Origin: a bacterium
GTDB lineage: Bacteria; Patescibacteriota; Minisyncoccia; Phycocordibacterales; UBA1006
Direction of reading: 5' to 3'
Assembly (NCBI GenBank): GCA_037144045.1
Contig: JBAWXN010000001.1
Location: forward strand, 1,387 to 65,386
DNA: 64,000 nucleotides
Shown here: piece by piece, positions 1-8,008 of the stretch
Layout: the number at the start of each line of letters is the position of its first letter
Position numbering within the stretch: position 1 is the first letter of the stretch
Position numbers and translations under genes: made by a program
Notes under the pieces: generated by a model
Seen by the model: the letters and a program-made list of their open reading frames with translations, nothing else
Databases searched by the model: none
Told to the model about the DNA's origin: nothing

Positions 1-714
1 ACCTTTCCCATCAACGAAGTCTACATCCAACAAACCGGAGGTACCAACTGTACTATCACGAGTACGGGAATCAGTTGTACCTCAGATGAAAACTTGAAGA
101 CCAACATTACTGATCTCAGTAACAACATCTTAGACTCGCTCAGTAGAGTACGTACCGTAACCTACAACTGGAAATCTAGTCCAGGTAGTAACCAAATGAT
201 CGGATTCTTGGCTCAAGACCTTGAACAATACTTCCCACAGTTAGTAACTACTGATAAACAAGGACAGAAGTCAGTAAACTATGCCAATATGACTCCGGTG
301 TTGGTTGAAGCGATTCGGGAATTGAATGTAAAGCTTGCTACTATTCAGACTACGGCTGCAACGGTTACTGATCACACGGGACTTGTTGCGTGGTTTGCTG
401 ATGCAGCGAATGGGATTGGGGATTTGTTTGTAAGCTCAATTCATGCAAAGAATGAAGTATGTATTGATGATGTGTGTGTTACTAAGGCTGATTTGCAGAC
501 ATTGGTAAACCAACGAACGGGTGCAATCCCTGTAGTTCCTCAAGAAGGGGGTACAACCACTGATACTACAAGTTCTACGGGTTCATCACCAGAATCTACC
601 AGTCCAGAACAGGTAATTGAGGATACTTCATCAGATCCGGTTCCTGCGCCACAACCAGTCCCAGAACCTGTGGTTCCAGCTCCTGATCCGGTTATAGATC
701 CTGTTACGCAATAA
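1..714 (+). CDS. C-terminal fragment (5' end outside window) of a secreted fibre-like protein with a Peptidase_S74 / intramolecular-chaperone (endosialidase CIMCD-like) domain and a Pro-rich tail
   Basis: Frame open from nt 1. Motif SDENLK..NITDLS..NYANMTPVLVEAIRELN matches the S74 chaperone domain and the C-termini of the paralogs at 24269 and 26740. Shares the W.ADAANGI...C.DD.C.TK module with them. Confidence 0.6.
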   Translation, partial: TFPINEVYIQQTGGTNCTITSTGISCTSDENLKTNITDLSNNILDSLSRVRTVTYNWKSSPGSNQMIGFLAQDLEQYFPQLVTTDKQGQKSVNYANMTPVLVEAIRELNVKLATIQTTAATVTDHTGLVAWFADAANGIGDLFVSSIHAKNEVCIDDVCVTKADLQTLVNQRTGAIPVVPQEGGTTTDTTSSTGSSPESTSPEQVIEDTSSDPVPAPQPVPEPVVPAPDPVIDPVTQ

Positions 715-725
715 TGCTGTAAAAA

Positions 726-748
726 CTACCCGAAAAGGGTAGTTTTTC
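726..748 (+). terminator. intrinsic terminator (ctaccc-gaaaa-gggtag + T-run)
   Basis: 6-bp GC-containing stem, 5-nt loop, TTTTT tract directly after the stop of the upstream CDS. Confidence 0.6.
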
Positions 749-777
749 TTGACTTTTTACCTAAAACCAGGTACGAT
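749..777 (+). promoter_or_regulatory. sigma70-like promoter for tuf (TTGACT -17- TACGAT)
   Basis: -35 TTGACT 749-754, 17-nt spacer, -10 TACGAT 772-777, about 115 nt upstream of the tuf ATG. Confidence 0.5.
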
Positions 778-892
778 GGGCGGGTTATTATTAATTAATT
801 GAGAGACAGTTTCTCGATGAAGAAATGCAACATTGGCACTTTTTGGTGTCTCCGTTTTTTCAAGGACGCTCCTCTCGCAAAATAACATTTAT

Positions 893-2089
893 ATGGCAGA
901 TTTTGATCGTTCAAAACCTCACGTAAACGTGGGAACCATTGGTCACGTAGACCACGGTAAAACAACATTAACAGCGGCTATTCTTAACGTGCTTGCACGT
1001 GAAGGAAATGGTTACTCAGCTAAATTGGTAGGTATCGATGGAATCGATAAGGCTCCAGAAGAAAAAGCACGTGGAATTACGATTGCGTTGTCACACAACG
1101 AATACGAAACTCCTAAGCGACACTATGCTCACATCGACGCTCCAGGACACGCCGACTACATCAAAAACATGATTACGGGTGCCGCTCAAATGGACGGTGC
1201 GATCATTGTAGTAGCTGCGACTGACGGTGCTATGCCACAAACTCGAGAACACATTTTGTTGGCTAAACAAGTAGGGGTACCAAGTATTATTGTATTCTTG
1301 AACAAATGCGATATGGTTGATGATCCAGAAATGCTTGATTTGGTTGAAATGGAACTCCGAGAATTGTTAACGAAGCAAGGATTTGATGGAGACAACGCTC
1401 CAGTAATCCGAGGTTCAGGTCTTAAAGCTCTTGAATCTGCTGACAATTCAGACCCATATGCACAAAAAATCCTAGAATTGGTTAAGGCTTTGGATGAATA
1501 TATTCCAGAACCAGTTCGAGATCTTGAAAAACCTTTCTTGATGCCTATTGAAGACATCTTCTCAATTGAAGGACGTGGAACAGTAGTAACAGGAAAGATT
1601 GAACGTGGAATCGTTAAAGTAGGTGAAGAAATTGAAATTGTGGGTATCTTTGATACACAAAAGACAACCGTAACAGGTGTTGAAATGTTCAACAAATCAC
1701 TTCCAACAGGACAAGCTGGAGATAACGCTGGAATCTTGCTCCGAGGAGTTAAGAAAGAACAGCTTACTCGAGGACAAGTTCTTGCTAAACCAGGTTCAGT
1801 AACTCCACATACACAATTTGAATGTGAAGTGTACATCTTGAAAAAAGAAGAAGGTGGACGACACACTCCATTTATTCAAGGATACAAACCTCAATTCTAT
1901 ATCCGTACAACTGACGTAACCGGAGAAGTAACCCTTCCAGAAGGAACTCAAATGGTTATGCCAGGAGATACTGTTAAATTGAACGTTAAATTGCTTGCAC
2001 CGGTTGCTCTTGAAGACAACAGTCGATTTGCAATCCGAGAAGGTGGTAAGACCGTAGGAGCTGGAGTTGTTACCAAAATCATCGCTTAA
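893..2089 (+). CDS. tuf: elongation factor Tu
   Basis: [30 protein letters not shown]...DAPGHADY...NKCD G-domain motifs, full-length EF-Tu. Start taken at ATG 893 rather than the upstream ORF-track start. Confidence 0.96.
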   Translation: MADFDRSKPHVNVGTIGHVDHGKTTLTAAILNVLAREGNGYSAKLVGIDGIDKAPEEKARGITIALSHNEYETPKRHYAHIDAPGHADYIKNMITGAAQMDGAIIVVAATDGAMPQTREHILLAKQVGVPSIIVFLNKCDMVDDPEMLDLVEMELRELLTKQGFDGDNAPVIRGSGLKALESADNSDPYAQKILELVKALDEYIPEPVRDLEKPFLMPIEDIFSIEGRGTVVTGKIERGIVKVGEEIEIVGIFDTQKTTVTGVEMFNKSLPTGQAGDNAGILLRGVKKEQLTRGQVLAKPGSVTPHTQFECEVYILKKEEGGRHTPFIQGYKPQFYIRTTDVTGEVTLPEGTQMVMPGDTVKLNVKLLAPVALEDNSRFAIREGGKTVGAGVVTKIIA

Positions 2090-2229
2090 AGAAGAATTTT
2101 AAAATTGAGCGACTGCTTCGTTGTCATCGCAAAAAATTTACTCAACGTATATTAAATACGTATCATAAATTTTTTGCTCGACTCCTTGCATTCATCTCAA
2201 TTTTGAAAATTCTTTGAAAGCTAAAATCT

Positions 2230-2568
2230 ATGGCAACTAAATCAGAAAAAAAAGAAGGAGCTGTAGGTGGTATCCGTTTGCGAGTACGAGCGTACGAAAG
2301 TAAAATTTTGGACGCTTCAGTAAAACAAATTATGGACGTCGCTGCGCGTCACGAAGCAGTGCTTCGTGGACCAGTTCCTCTTCCTAACGAAATCAAAAAG
2401 TATACCGTTAACCGTTCAACATTCGTTCACAAGGACGCTCGTGAACAGTTTGAAATGCGGGTACACAAACGACTTATCGACATTACTAACCCAAATCCAA
2501 AATTGATTGAAGCATTGGGAACAATGAACCTTCCATCAGGAGTTGAGGTTGATATGAAGATGATGTAG
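2230..2568 (+). CDS. rpsJ: 30S ribosomal protein S10
   Basis: [14 protein letters not shown]...[27 protein letters not shown] signature. Confidence 0.95.
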   Translation: MATKSEKKEGAVGGIRLRVRAYESKILDASVKQIMDVAARHEAVLRGPVPLPNEIKKYTVNRSTFVHKDAREQFEMRVHKRLIDITNPNPKLIEALGTMNLPSGVEVDMKMM

Positions 2569-2655
2569 TTATTATTAAAACAATTCACGTTGGTCGTATT
2601 GCAAGATACTCAGCCCTGCATAGCTTTAGCGAAGCAGGGGCCAACCAATGAAACT

Positions 2656-3279
2656 ATGAAATTTATCTTAGGAGAAAAGGTCACTATGACCCAATTCTTC
2701 GATGAGGCCGGGCGCGCTTTTGGTGCAACCGTTGTAAAAGCAGGTCCTGCAGTAGTAACTCAAATCAAAACAGTTGCAACTGATGGATACACCGCAGTAC
2801 AAATCTCATTCGGGGAAAAGAAACAAAAAAACCTTGCGAAAGCACAGGTTGGACATTATAAAGGACTTGGAAACTTCCGTTATTCTCAAGAATTCCGTGT
2901 AGACGAATCTGAAATTGGAAACTATGCCGTAGGTCAAGCAATTGACGCATCAGCATTCGTATCTGGTGACACGATCCGCGTTACAGGTATTTCAAAAGGT
3001 AAAGGATTCCAGGGAGGGGTTAAACGACATGGGTTCCATGGAGGTCCTCGGTCACACGGTCAGAAACACTCTGAACGTGAACCAGGGTCAATTGGTGGAT
3101 CAGGTGGACGTGCCGGAGGGCGTGTAGCGAAAGGTATGCGTATGGCCGGACGAATGGGATCAGATGTGATCACGGTTCGAAACCTAAAAGTGCTGGCAGT
3201 CGACCAAGCTACTAATACATTGGTGATTAAGGGTGCGGTTCCAGGGAAACCAGGAACACTCCTTTCAGTCATTGCATAA
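2656..3279 (+). CDS. rplC: 50S ribosomal protein L3
   Basis: MKFILGEKVTMTQFF... typical L3 N-terminus. ORF-track start 2590 is probably an upstream extension. Confidence 0.9.
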   Translation: MKFILGEKVTMTQFFDEAGRAFGATVVKAGPAVVTQIKTVATDGYTAVQISFGEKKQKNLAKAQVGHYKGLGNFRYSQEFRVDESEIGNYAVGQAIDASAFVSGDTIRVTGISKGKGFQGGVKRHGFHGGPRSHGQKHSEREPGSIGGSGGRAGGRVAKGMRMAGRMGSDVITVRNLKVLAVDQATNTLVIKGAVPGKPGTLLSVIA

Positions 3280-3283
3280 TTCT

Positions 3284-4006
3284 ATGGCAACAAAGAAAAC
3301 AACCAAAACAGTTGATTTGAATGCTGCGGTATACAATATTTCTGGTAAAGAAGTATCTAAAATCGCTCTTCCTGAATCAGTATGGGGAGTGCAATGGAAT
3401 GCTGACCTTGTTCACCAAGTAGTAGTAGGGATGCAGTCAAATGCACGTACAGGTCTTGCAAATGCAAAGATGCGAGGTGAAGTATCAGGTACCGGGAAAA
3501 AGCCATGGCGACAAAAAGGAACTGGTCAAGCACGACACGGTTCTCGCCGATCACCTATTTGGGTAGGAGGTGGAGTTTCTCATGGTCCACGTTCTGATAA
3601 ATCATATGACAAGAAAATTAATCGTAAAATGAAGACAAAGGCGTTGTTTACAGCCCTTTCTCAGAAATTCCGCGATGGAAAAGTATTGTTTGTTGATTCA
3701 CTTGATCTTTCAGCAATCAAAACCAAAGATGCTATGAACGCCTTGGTAAACCTTGCAAAAGTTGAAGGATTCAACACCTTGAACACAAAGAAAGAAAATA
3801 ACATTTTCTTGGTAGTACCTAAGAAGTCAGAAACAACTGCAAAAAGTTTCCGCAACATCGCTCACGTAACCGTGGAAGAAGTTCGTAACCTAAACGCAGT
3901 AGATCTCTTGAACTATCGTTATGTGATCATGGCGAATCCTGAAGCAGTAAACGAAGCATTTGCTTCAAAAACGGTCGCAAAAGAAGTAACCGCGAAGAAC
4001 GCATAA
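3284..4006 (+). CDS. rplD: 50S ribosomal protein L4
   Basis: MATKK...WRQKGTGQARHGSRRSPIWVGGGVSHGP L4 signature. Start at ATG 3284 (ATGGCA context). Confidence 0.9.
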   Translation: MATKKTTKTVDLNAAVYNISGKEVSKIALPESVWGVQWNADLVHQVVVGMQSNARTGLANAKMRGEVSGTGKKPWRQKGTGQARHGSRRSPIWVGGGVSHGPRSDKSYDKKINRKMKTKALFTALSQKFRDGKVLFVDSLDLSAIKTKDAMNALVNLAKVEGFNTLNTKKENNIFLVVPKKSETTAKSFRNIAHVTVEEVRNLNAVDLLNYRYVIMANPEAVNEAFASKTVAKEVTAKNA

Positions 4007-4010
4007 TCAT

Positions 4011-4331
4011 ATGGCAACAAAAAAAGCTAAGAAAGAAGTTTCAGCTGATGTAAAACCAGTTGGAAATTCAGTGGTTATTGGTCCACGTGTTACTGAAAAA
4101 GCAGCCTACGCAAGTGAACGAAATGTATTTGTATTTAACGTTGCAATGGATGCGAACAAAATTCAAATCAAGCAAGCGATTAAAGAACTCTACAAAGTAA
4201 CTCCTATCAAAATTGCAATTGTGGTTACCAAACCAGAAGTTGTAGTTTTCCGAGGAAACCTTGGTAAAAAATCAGCATTCAAAAAAGCGTACGTAACCTT
4301 GAAAAAGGGAGATACGATTGACCTGAACTAA
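4011..4331 (+). CDS. rplW: 50S ribosomal protein L23
   Basis: size, position after rplD and KAAYASERNVFVFNVAMDANKIQIKQAIKELYKV match L23. Confidence 0.9.
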   Translation: MATKKAKKEVSADVKPVGNSVVIGPRVTEKAAYASERNVFVFNVAMDANKIQIKQAIKELYKVTPIKIAIVVTKPEVVVFRGNLGKKSAFKKAYVTLKKGDTIDLN

Positions 4332-4340
4332 TGGTTCAAA

Positions 4341-4364
4341 AAACACCCGCGCGGGTGTTTTTTG
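4341..4364 (+). terminator. intrinsic terminator inside the r-protein cluster (cacccgcgcgggtg + TTTTTT)
   Basis: Perfect GC-rich palindrome 4344-4357 followed by a T6 tract, immediately after the rplW stop. Confidence 0.7.
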
Positions 4365-4382
4365 TTGAGAAAAAATTTAATA

Positions 4383-4802
4383 ATGGCTGCTAGTATGGTC
4401 TCCATGGAATTCCTATTTAAGAAATTTAAAACCTGGTTTCTTCTTAAAGAAAAACTTCATGCTATACACGCAAAGCCGCCTTATTTTAACGAGTCGGATA
4501 TTTGGTGGTGTAGTATGGGTGAAAATATTGGCGTTGAGGTTAATGGAAAGAGTGAGCTTTTTTCAAGACCAGTACTTGTTTTAAGAAAGTTGTCACGAGA
4601 ATCTTTTTTAGGTATTCCTTTAACATCTCAAGAAAAGAAGGGTACTTGGTACGTTCCCATTACTCAAGGAAAAAGTGTTTCCTATGCGTTGTTAAATCAA
4701 GTACGATTACTTTCTACCAAACGTCTTTCTTCCAAGATGGGAAGCCTTGATGAAATAGATTTTAATAAAGTAAAATCAGGTTTTATAGACCTGATTTTGT
4801 AA
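4383..4802 (+). CDS. MazF/PemK-family (CcdB/MazF fold) endoribonuclease toxin-like protein with an N-terminal extension of about 35 aa
   Basis: SDIWWCSMGENIGVEVNGKSELFSRPVLVL aligns to MazF/EndoA GD(L/V)(I/Y)W(V/F)D..P..G.E..G.RP(A/V)(L/V)V(L/I). ALLNQVRLLSTKRL aligns to ILLEQIRTIDKQRL of B. subtilis EndoA. First ATG is 4383; the ORF-track start 4362 is a TTG inside the terminator T-tract. Confidence 0.6.
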   Translation: MAASMVSMEFLFKKFKTWFLLKEKLHAIHAKPPYFNESDIWWCSMGENIGVEVNGKSELFSRPVLVLRKLSRESFLGIPLTSQEKKGTWYVPITQGKSVSYALLNQVRLLSTKRLSSKMGSLDEIDFNKVKSGFIDLIL

Positions 4803-4932
4803 TATTTCCACTACTTGAGTGGACCGCGGGAAATCCCCGAAAGTAATTTAATTATAACCATGACGCTCCTAGTGTCAACATGGTACATTACTTACTTTAT
4901 TAAAAGTTTAGAAATAGCTGATTCAGTATTAG

Positions 4933-4960
4933 TTGACAAAAACCCTTAATTTGCTATAGT
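4933..4960 (+). promoter_or_regulatory. sigma70-like promoter (TTGACA -16- TATAGT) upstream of rplB
   Basis: consensus -35 TTGACA 4933-4938, 16-nt spacer, -10 TATAGT 4955-4960, about 150 nt upstream of the rplB ATG. Confidence 0.45.
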
Positions 4961-5045
4961 TTCCCAGTCACAGATCATCTTTTTACAGTGGTTGTTGGGA
5001 CAGAGACTTAGGCAATCTCATATTAAAAACTATCTTACCGGAAAG

Positions 5046-5096
5046 CCTTATCGGTAATTGAGTCCGACAAAGACGGACGAAGATCCGCCGATAAGG
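5046..5096 (+). promoter_or_regulatory. conserved-looking stem-loop in the rplB 5' leader (ccttatcgg ... ccgataagg with an inner gtccg/cggac hairpin)
   Basis: Perfect 9-bp inverted repeat 5046-5054 / 5088-5096 enclosing a second 5-bp hairpin, ends 13 nt before the rplB ATG. Candidate autoregulatory r-protein leader or processing site. Confidence 0.35.
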
Positions 5097-5109
5097 CGGA
5101 TGGACACAT

Positions 5110-5958
5110 ATGAAACACTATAAACCAACATCAAAGTCACGACGAATGATGTCAGTAGTAACTTACAAAGGAGTTATTACTACTAACGAACCTCACAAGG
5201 CGTTAACATTCGGACGTGCAAAACATGCAGGACGTAACAATCGAGGGATTGTTACCGTTCCCCACCAAGGAGGAGGAAACAAAAATCTTTACCGAATGGT
5301 GGACTTCAAATTTAACAAGAAAAACATCCCTGCTAAAGTTGAAACGATTGAATACGATCCAAACCGAACTGCATTCATCGCTCTTATTTGTTACCGTGAC
5401 GGTGAACGACGCTACATGCTCGTTCCTGCAACGGTTGCAGTAGGTGATGTTATTACTGTAGCAGCTGACGCACCATTGAAACCAGGAAACCGGTTACCAT
5501 TGCGATCAATTCCAGTAGGAACATTTATTTACAACATTGAATTGTATCCAGAAGCAGGTGCTAAATTAGTACGTTCAGCTGGAAACTTTGCTCAAGTACA
5601 AGGTCACGATAACGGAAAAGTTCAAATTAAATTACCTTCAGGTGAAATTCGAACCGTTTCTGACACGTGTTGGGCATCAGTGGGAACCGTATCAAACGGT
5701 GAACACCAATTAGTAAACCGAGGTAAAGCTGGTAAGTCACGATGGCTTGGAATTCGTCCAACCGTTCGTGGTACTGCTATGAACCCAGTAGACCACCCAC
5801 ACGGAGGAGGGGAAGGAGTTCAAGGAATTGGACTTCGCCGAGGACCAAAAACTCGACACGGGAAACAAGCGTACGGTGTTAAAACACGACGACCAAAGAA
5901 ATACTCAAATTACGCTATTATCACTCGTCGCAAGACGAAGCGAAATACGCCAAAATAA
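5110..5958 (+). CDS. rplB: 50S ribosomal protein L2
   Basis: MKHYKPTSKSRR...TFGRAKHAGRNNRG...PHGGGEG L2 signature. Confidence 0.95.
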   Translation: MKHYKPTSKSRRMMSVVTYKGVITTNEPHKALTFGRAKHAGRNNRGIVTVPHQGGGNKNLYRMVDFKFNKKNIPAKVETIEYDPNRTAFIALICYRDGERRYMLVPATVAVGDVITVAADAPLKPGNRLPLRSIPVGTFIYNIELYPEAGAKLVRSAGNFAQVQGHDNGKVQIKLPSGEIRTVSDTCWASVGTVSNGEHQLVNRGKAGKSRWLGIRPTVRGTAMNPVDHPHGGGEGVQGIGLRRGPKTRHGKQAYGVKTRRPKKYSNYAIITRRKTKRNTPK

Positions 5959-5975
5959 TTTGGTATTCACAAATC

Positions 5976-5996
5976 ATCCCTACGGGGATTTTTTGT
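5976..5996 (+). terminator. intrinsic terminator after rplB (atccc-tacg-gggat + T-run)
   Basis: hairpin followed by TTTTTTG. Confidence 0.6.
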
Positions 5997-6011
5997 TGGA
6001 AAAAATATGTA

Positions 6012-6038
6012 ATAAAAAACCACCCTATTACAGGTGGC
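6012..6038 (-). terminator. intrinsic terminator for the convergent minus-strand gene (ccacc-tattacag-ggtgg, A-run on plus = T-run on minus)
   Basis: hairpin 6020-6037 preceded on the plus strand by AAAAAA. Confidence 0.5.
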
Positions 6039-6063
6039 TCAAGACCGCGAGATCCTTGATTAA

Positions 6064-7665
6064 TTATGTAGTTTTTTTAGTTCTGAGCACAAACGTAAGT
6101 GATACATACCGTTTGCCTACAGGTAGCCCTGTTTTGGCAACAGTAGTAACTTCTTGTGCAGTGGCTAATGCTTTATCACCTAAACGAGTACTAATATACG
6201 TTGCTCGGTTCAATGCTAAGTCCTCATTTTTTGCATAAGGAAGGACATCTGCAGTGCCGGTAACAATAATACTAAACCGCATCGGCATTTGAGCTGATAT
6301 GTCACTTAATTCTTCACTTACTACGTTGCTGCAGTAATAGAAAAAATTAGCAATGGTGGGTATTTCGAATTCACCAACAGGAAACAGTTGTTGAGTGGTA
6401 TCGCACCCGTTAAGTAATACTTCATAAGTAGTATCGTTAATAGCTCGAGCACTTAAACACGTGCCACGAAGTTCTTTCCTGTTACTCAGTTCAACTTCAA
6501 GATTGCGACTCACTGCTTTTTCCAGGGAATAGGCAGTATAGCTTACTTTTTTGCCGTACCGTGGTTTTGGTTGAACCACTACAGTGTCCGATGATTGTAG
6601 CTTTTCAGTAGGGATAACCGATTGAGGAGCAACTGATTTCGGTCGCGCCACTACCTTGGTAAGACCAAGGACACAGCTGTAATATGACTCAAGGTTTGCA
6701 ATCGTCCCTTTGGTAAGACCGAGGTCTTTCAAGTACCCATTCGACTGAAATTTTTCCCCCGCATCCCATAGGTCGAGGAGGTTGATCTTCATTTGGATAT
6801 TCATAGGTGCCTCACCTAATGTTGCTAGTTGCAAGAAACAGAGTTCCTTTACAATATCAGCATTAACATTACCCCATACATTCAATCGTTGCGCATTCGC
6901 CTCCTTAAATATATCAGTATTTCCCGCATTTAATGCAACCAGTACTTTCGTAGCTGGTGCCGCTTCAACGGATTCCGGATGTAATATGAGTTCTTTCGTT
7001 GCGGTGCAGTTGGGAAACTCACTAATCGTTTGTTTCTTGCCACCGCATGTGCAGGTACGCATGTCTTGCTTGTGGTAGTAACAATTCACTTGTTCCTGCC
7101 AAAGCGCCATGTAACCTTGTGCTTTTAAGCTGTCTTGGTCCCATGTATTCAATGAATTATACAAACGCATAATGTGTTCATAATGATCTTGAATACGCAC
7201 ATTTTCGGAATAGAATAATTCGCCCTGGATCTTCACCGTATAGTAATAGATTTGTCCCAGGACGTTAGTTGGTGGAACTGCTTTCACATTCATCTCTATT
7301 TCATCAATAGTAATACCTTTACCAATATCAGTAGTAAAAGAAAACAGACTAATATGCTTTTCAGCAGCTGTTTGCTCATACCAAGCACCAATGCCGGGGA
7401 ACACTTCTTCAAGTTTCTTTTTCATATTCGGGCACAATGCCTCGTATTTCCAGATTTGTTTCTGGATGGTTGGGTTTTTGCCGGCTTCGAAAGTAATTTT
7501 CTCCGCAGCGAATTTTTCTTGTGCGGAAATTGATCCAAGTTTCTGTAACGCAGCGTACTTACCGCTGGCGTCCTTCTTGGAAAGATAAATAGCGCGTACA
7601 TTTTGCGCATACGTGGTTGCAATGCTTATAGTGCATAGCAAGAGAATAAGCCCTAATTTTTTCAT
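6064..7665 (-). CDS. secreted Cys-rich hypothetical protein (signal peptide) with a possible degenerate OmpA-like C-terminal motif
   Basis: N-terminal MKKLGLILLLCTISIATTYA signal peptide; many Cys (CTCGGKK, PNCTATKE). C-terminal IVTGTADVLPYAKNEDLALNRATYISTRLGD resembles the OmpA_C core (GHTD..G....N..LS..RA..V..YL). No other recognisable domain. Confidence 0.55.
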   Translation of the reverse strand: MKKLGLILLLCTISIATTYAQNVRAIYLSKKDASGKYAALQKLGSISAQEKFAAEKITFEAGKNPTIQKQIWKYEALCPNMKKKLEEVFPGIGAWYEQTAAEKHISLFSFTTDIGKGITIDEIEMNVKAVPPTNVLGQIYYYTVKIQGELFYSENVRIQDHYEHIMRLYNSLNTWDQDSLKAQGYMALWQEQVNCYYHKQDMRTCTCGGKKQTISEFPNCTATKELILHPESVEAAPATKVLVALNAGNTDIFKEANAQRLNVWGNVNADIVKELCFLQLATLGEAPMNIQMKINLLDLWDAGEKFQSNGYLKDLGLTKGTIANLESYYSCVLGLTKVVARPKSVAPQSVIPTEKLQSSDTVVVQPKPRYGKKVSYTAYSLEKAVSRNLEVELSNRKELRGTCLSARAINDTTYEVLLNGCDTTQQLFPVGEFEIPTIANFFYYCSNVVSEELSDISAQMPMRFSIIVTGTADVLPYAKNEDLALNRATYISTRLGDKALATAQEVTTVAKTGLPVGKRYVSLTFVLRTKKTT

Positions 7666-7790
7666 TCTTAAGTTTTAAATGTTTGGTAATATAATTCTTA
7701 ATCATAATAACAGACTTATTAAAAAAGTCAAGTGAGTACAGGGTCTTTTAGAACGAGATTAACTATAGGTCGCATTTCCCAAGGAACCCC

Positions 7791-7819
7791 TTGACAAAAA
7801 AACTTAAAAATGCTTTAAT
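7791..7819 (+). promoter_or_regulatory. candidate promoter (TTGACA -17- TTTAAT) for the flotillin-like gene
   Basis: consensus -35 with a weak -10, about 190 nt upstream of the ATG at 8009 in the divergent intergenic region. Confidence 0.3.
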
Positions 7820-8008
7820 AGCCCGGAATGGTTCGTTGAACACTCGTGATTTTCTGTGCCTTATAGGTACACAAACTCACCGAACATGATTTACCGCTTG
7901 CTTTAGCAAGGTTCATCACTCAGGTAATCAGAGCTGATCACTCTTAGAAAATGGTCTGGTATCATTGCACCAGAAGCAATAAATCTTCAAAACATCAATT
8001 AATTTTAG

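Noticed and set aside
1186-1866. 226-aa ORF on the minus strand inside tuf
   Set aside because: Entirely antisense to a highly conserved EF-Tu coding region; typical spurious long ORF in the reverse frame of a biased coding sequence
2090-2229. Possible terminator and promoter between tuf and rpsJ
   Set aside because: Only an imperfect hairpin (gcgac...gtcatcgc) without a clean T-run and no convincing -35/-10 pair; left unannotated
5828-6238. 136-aa plus-strand ORF overlapping the rplB 3' end, two terminators and the convergent minus-strand gene
   Set aside because: Runs through two intrinsic terminator hairpins and overlaps better-supported genes; no motif
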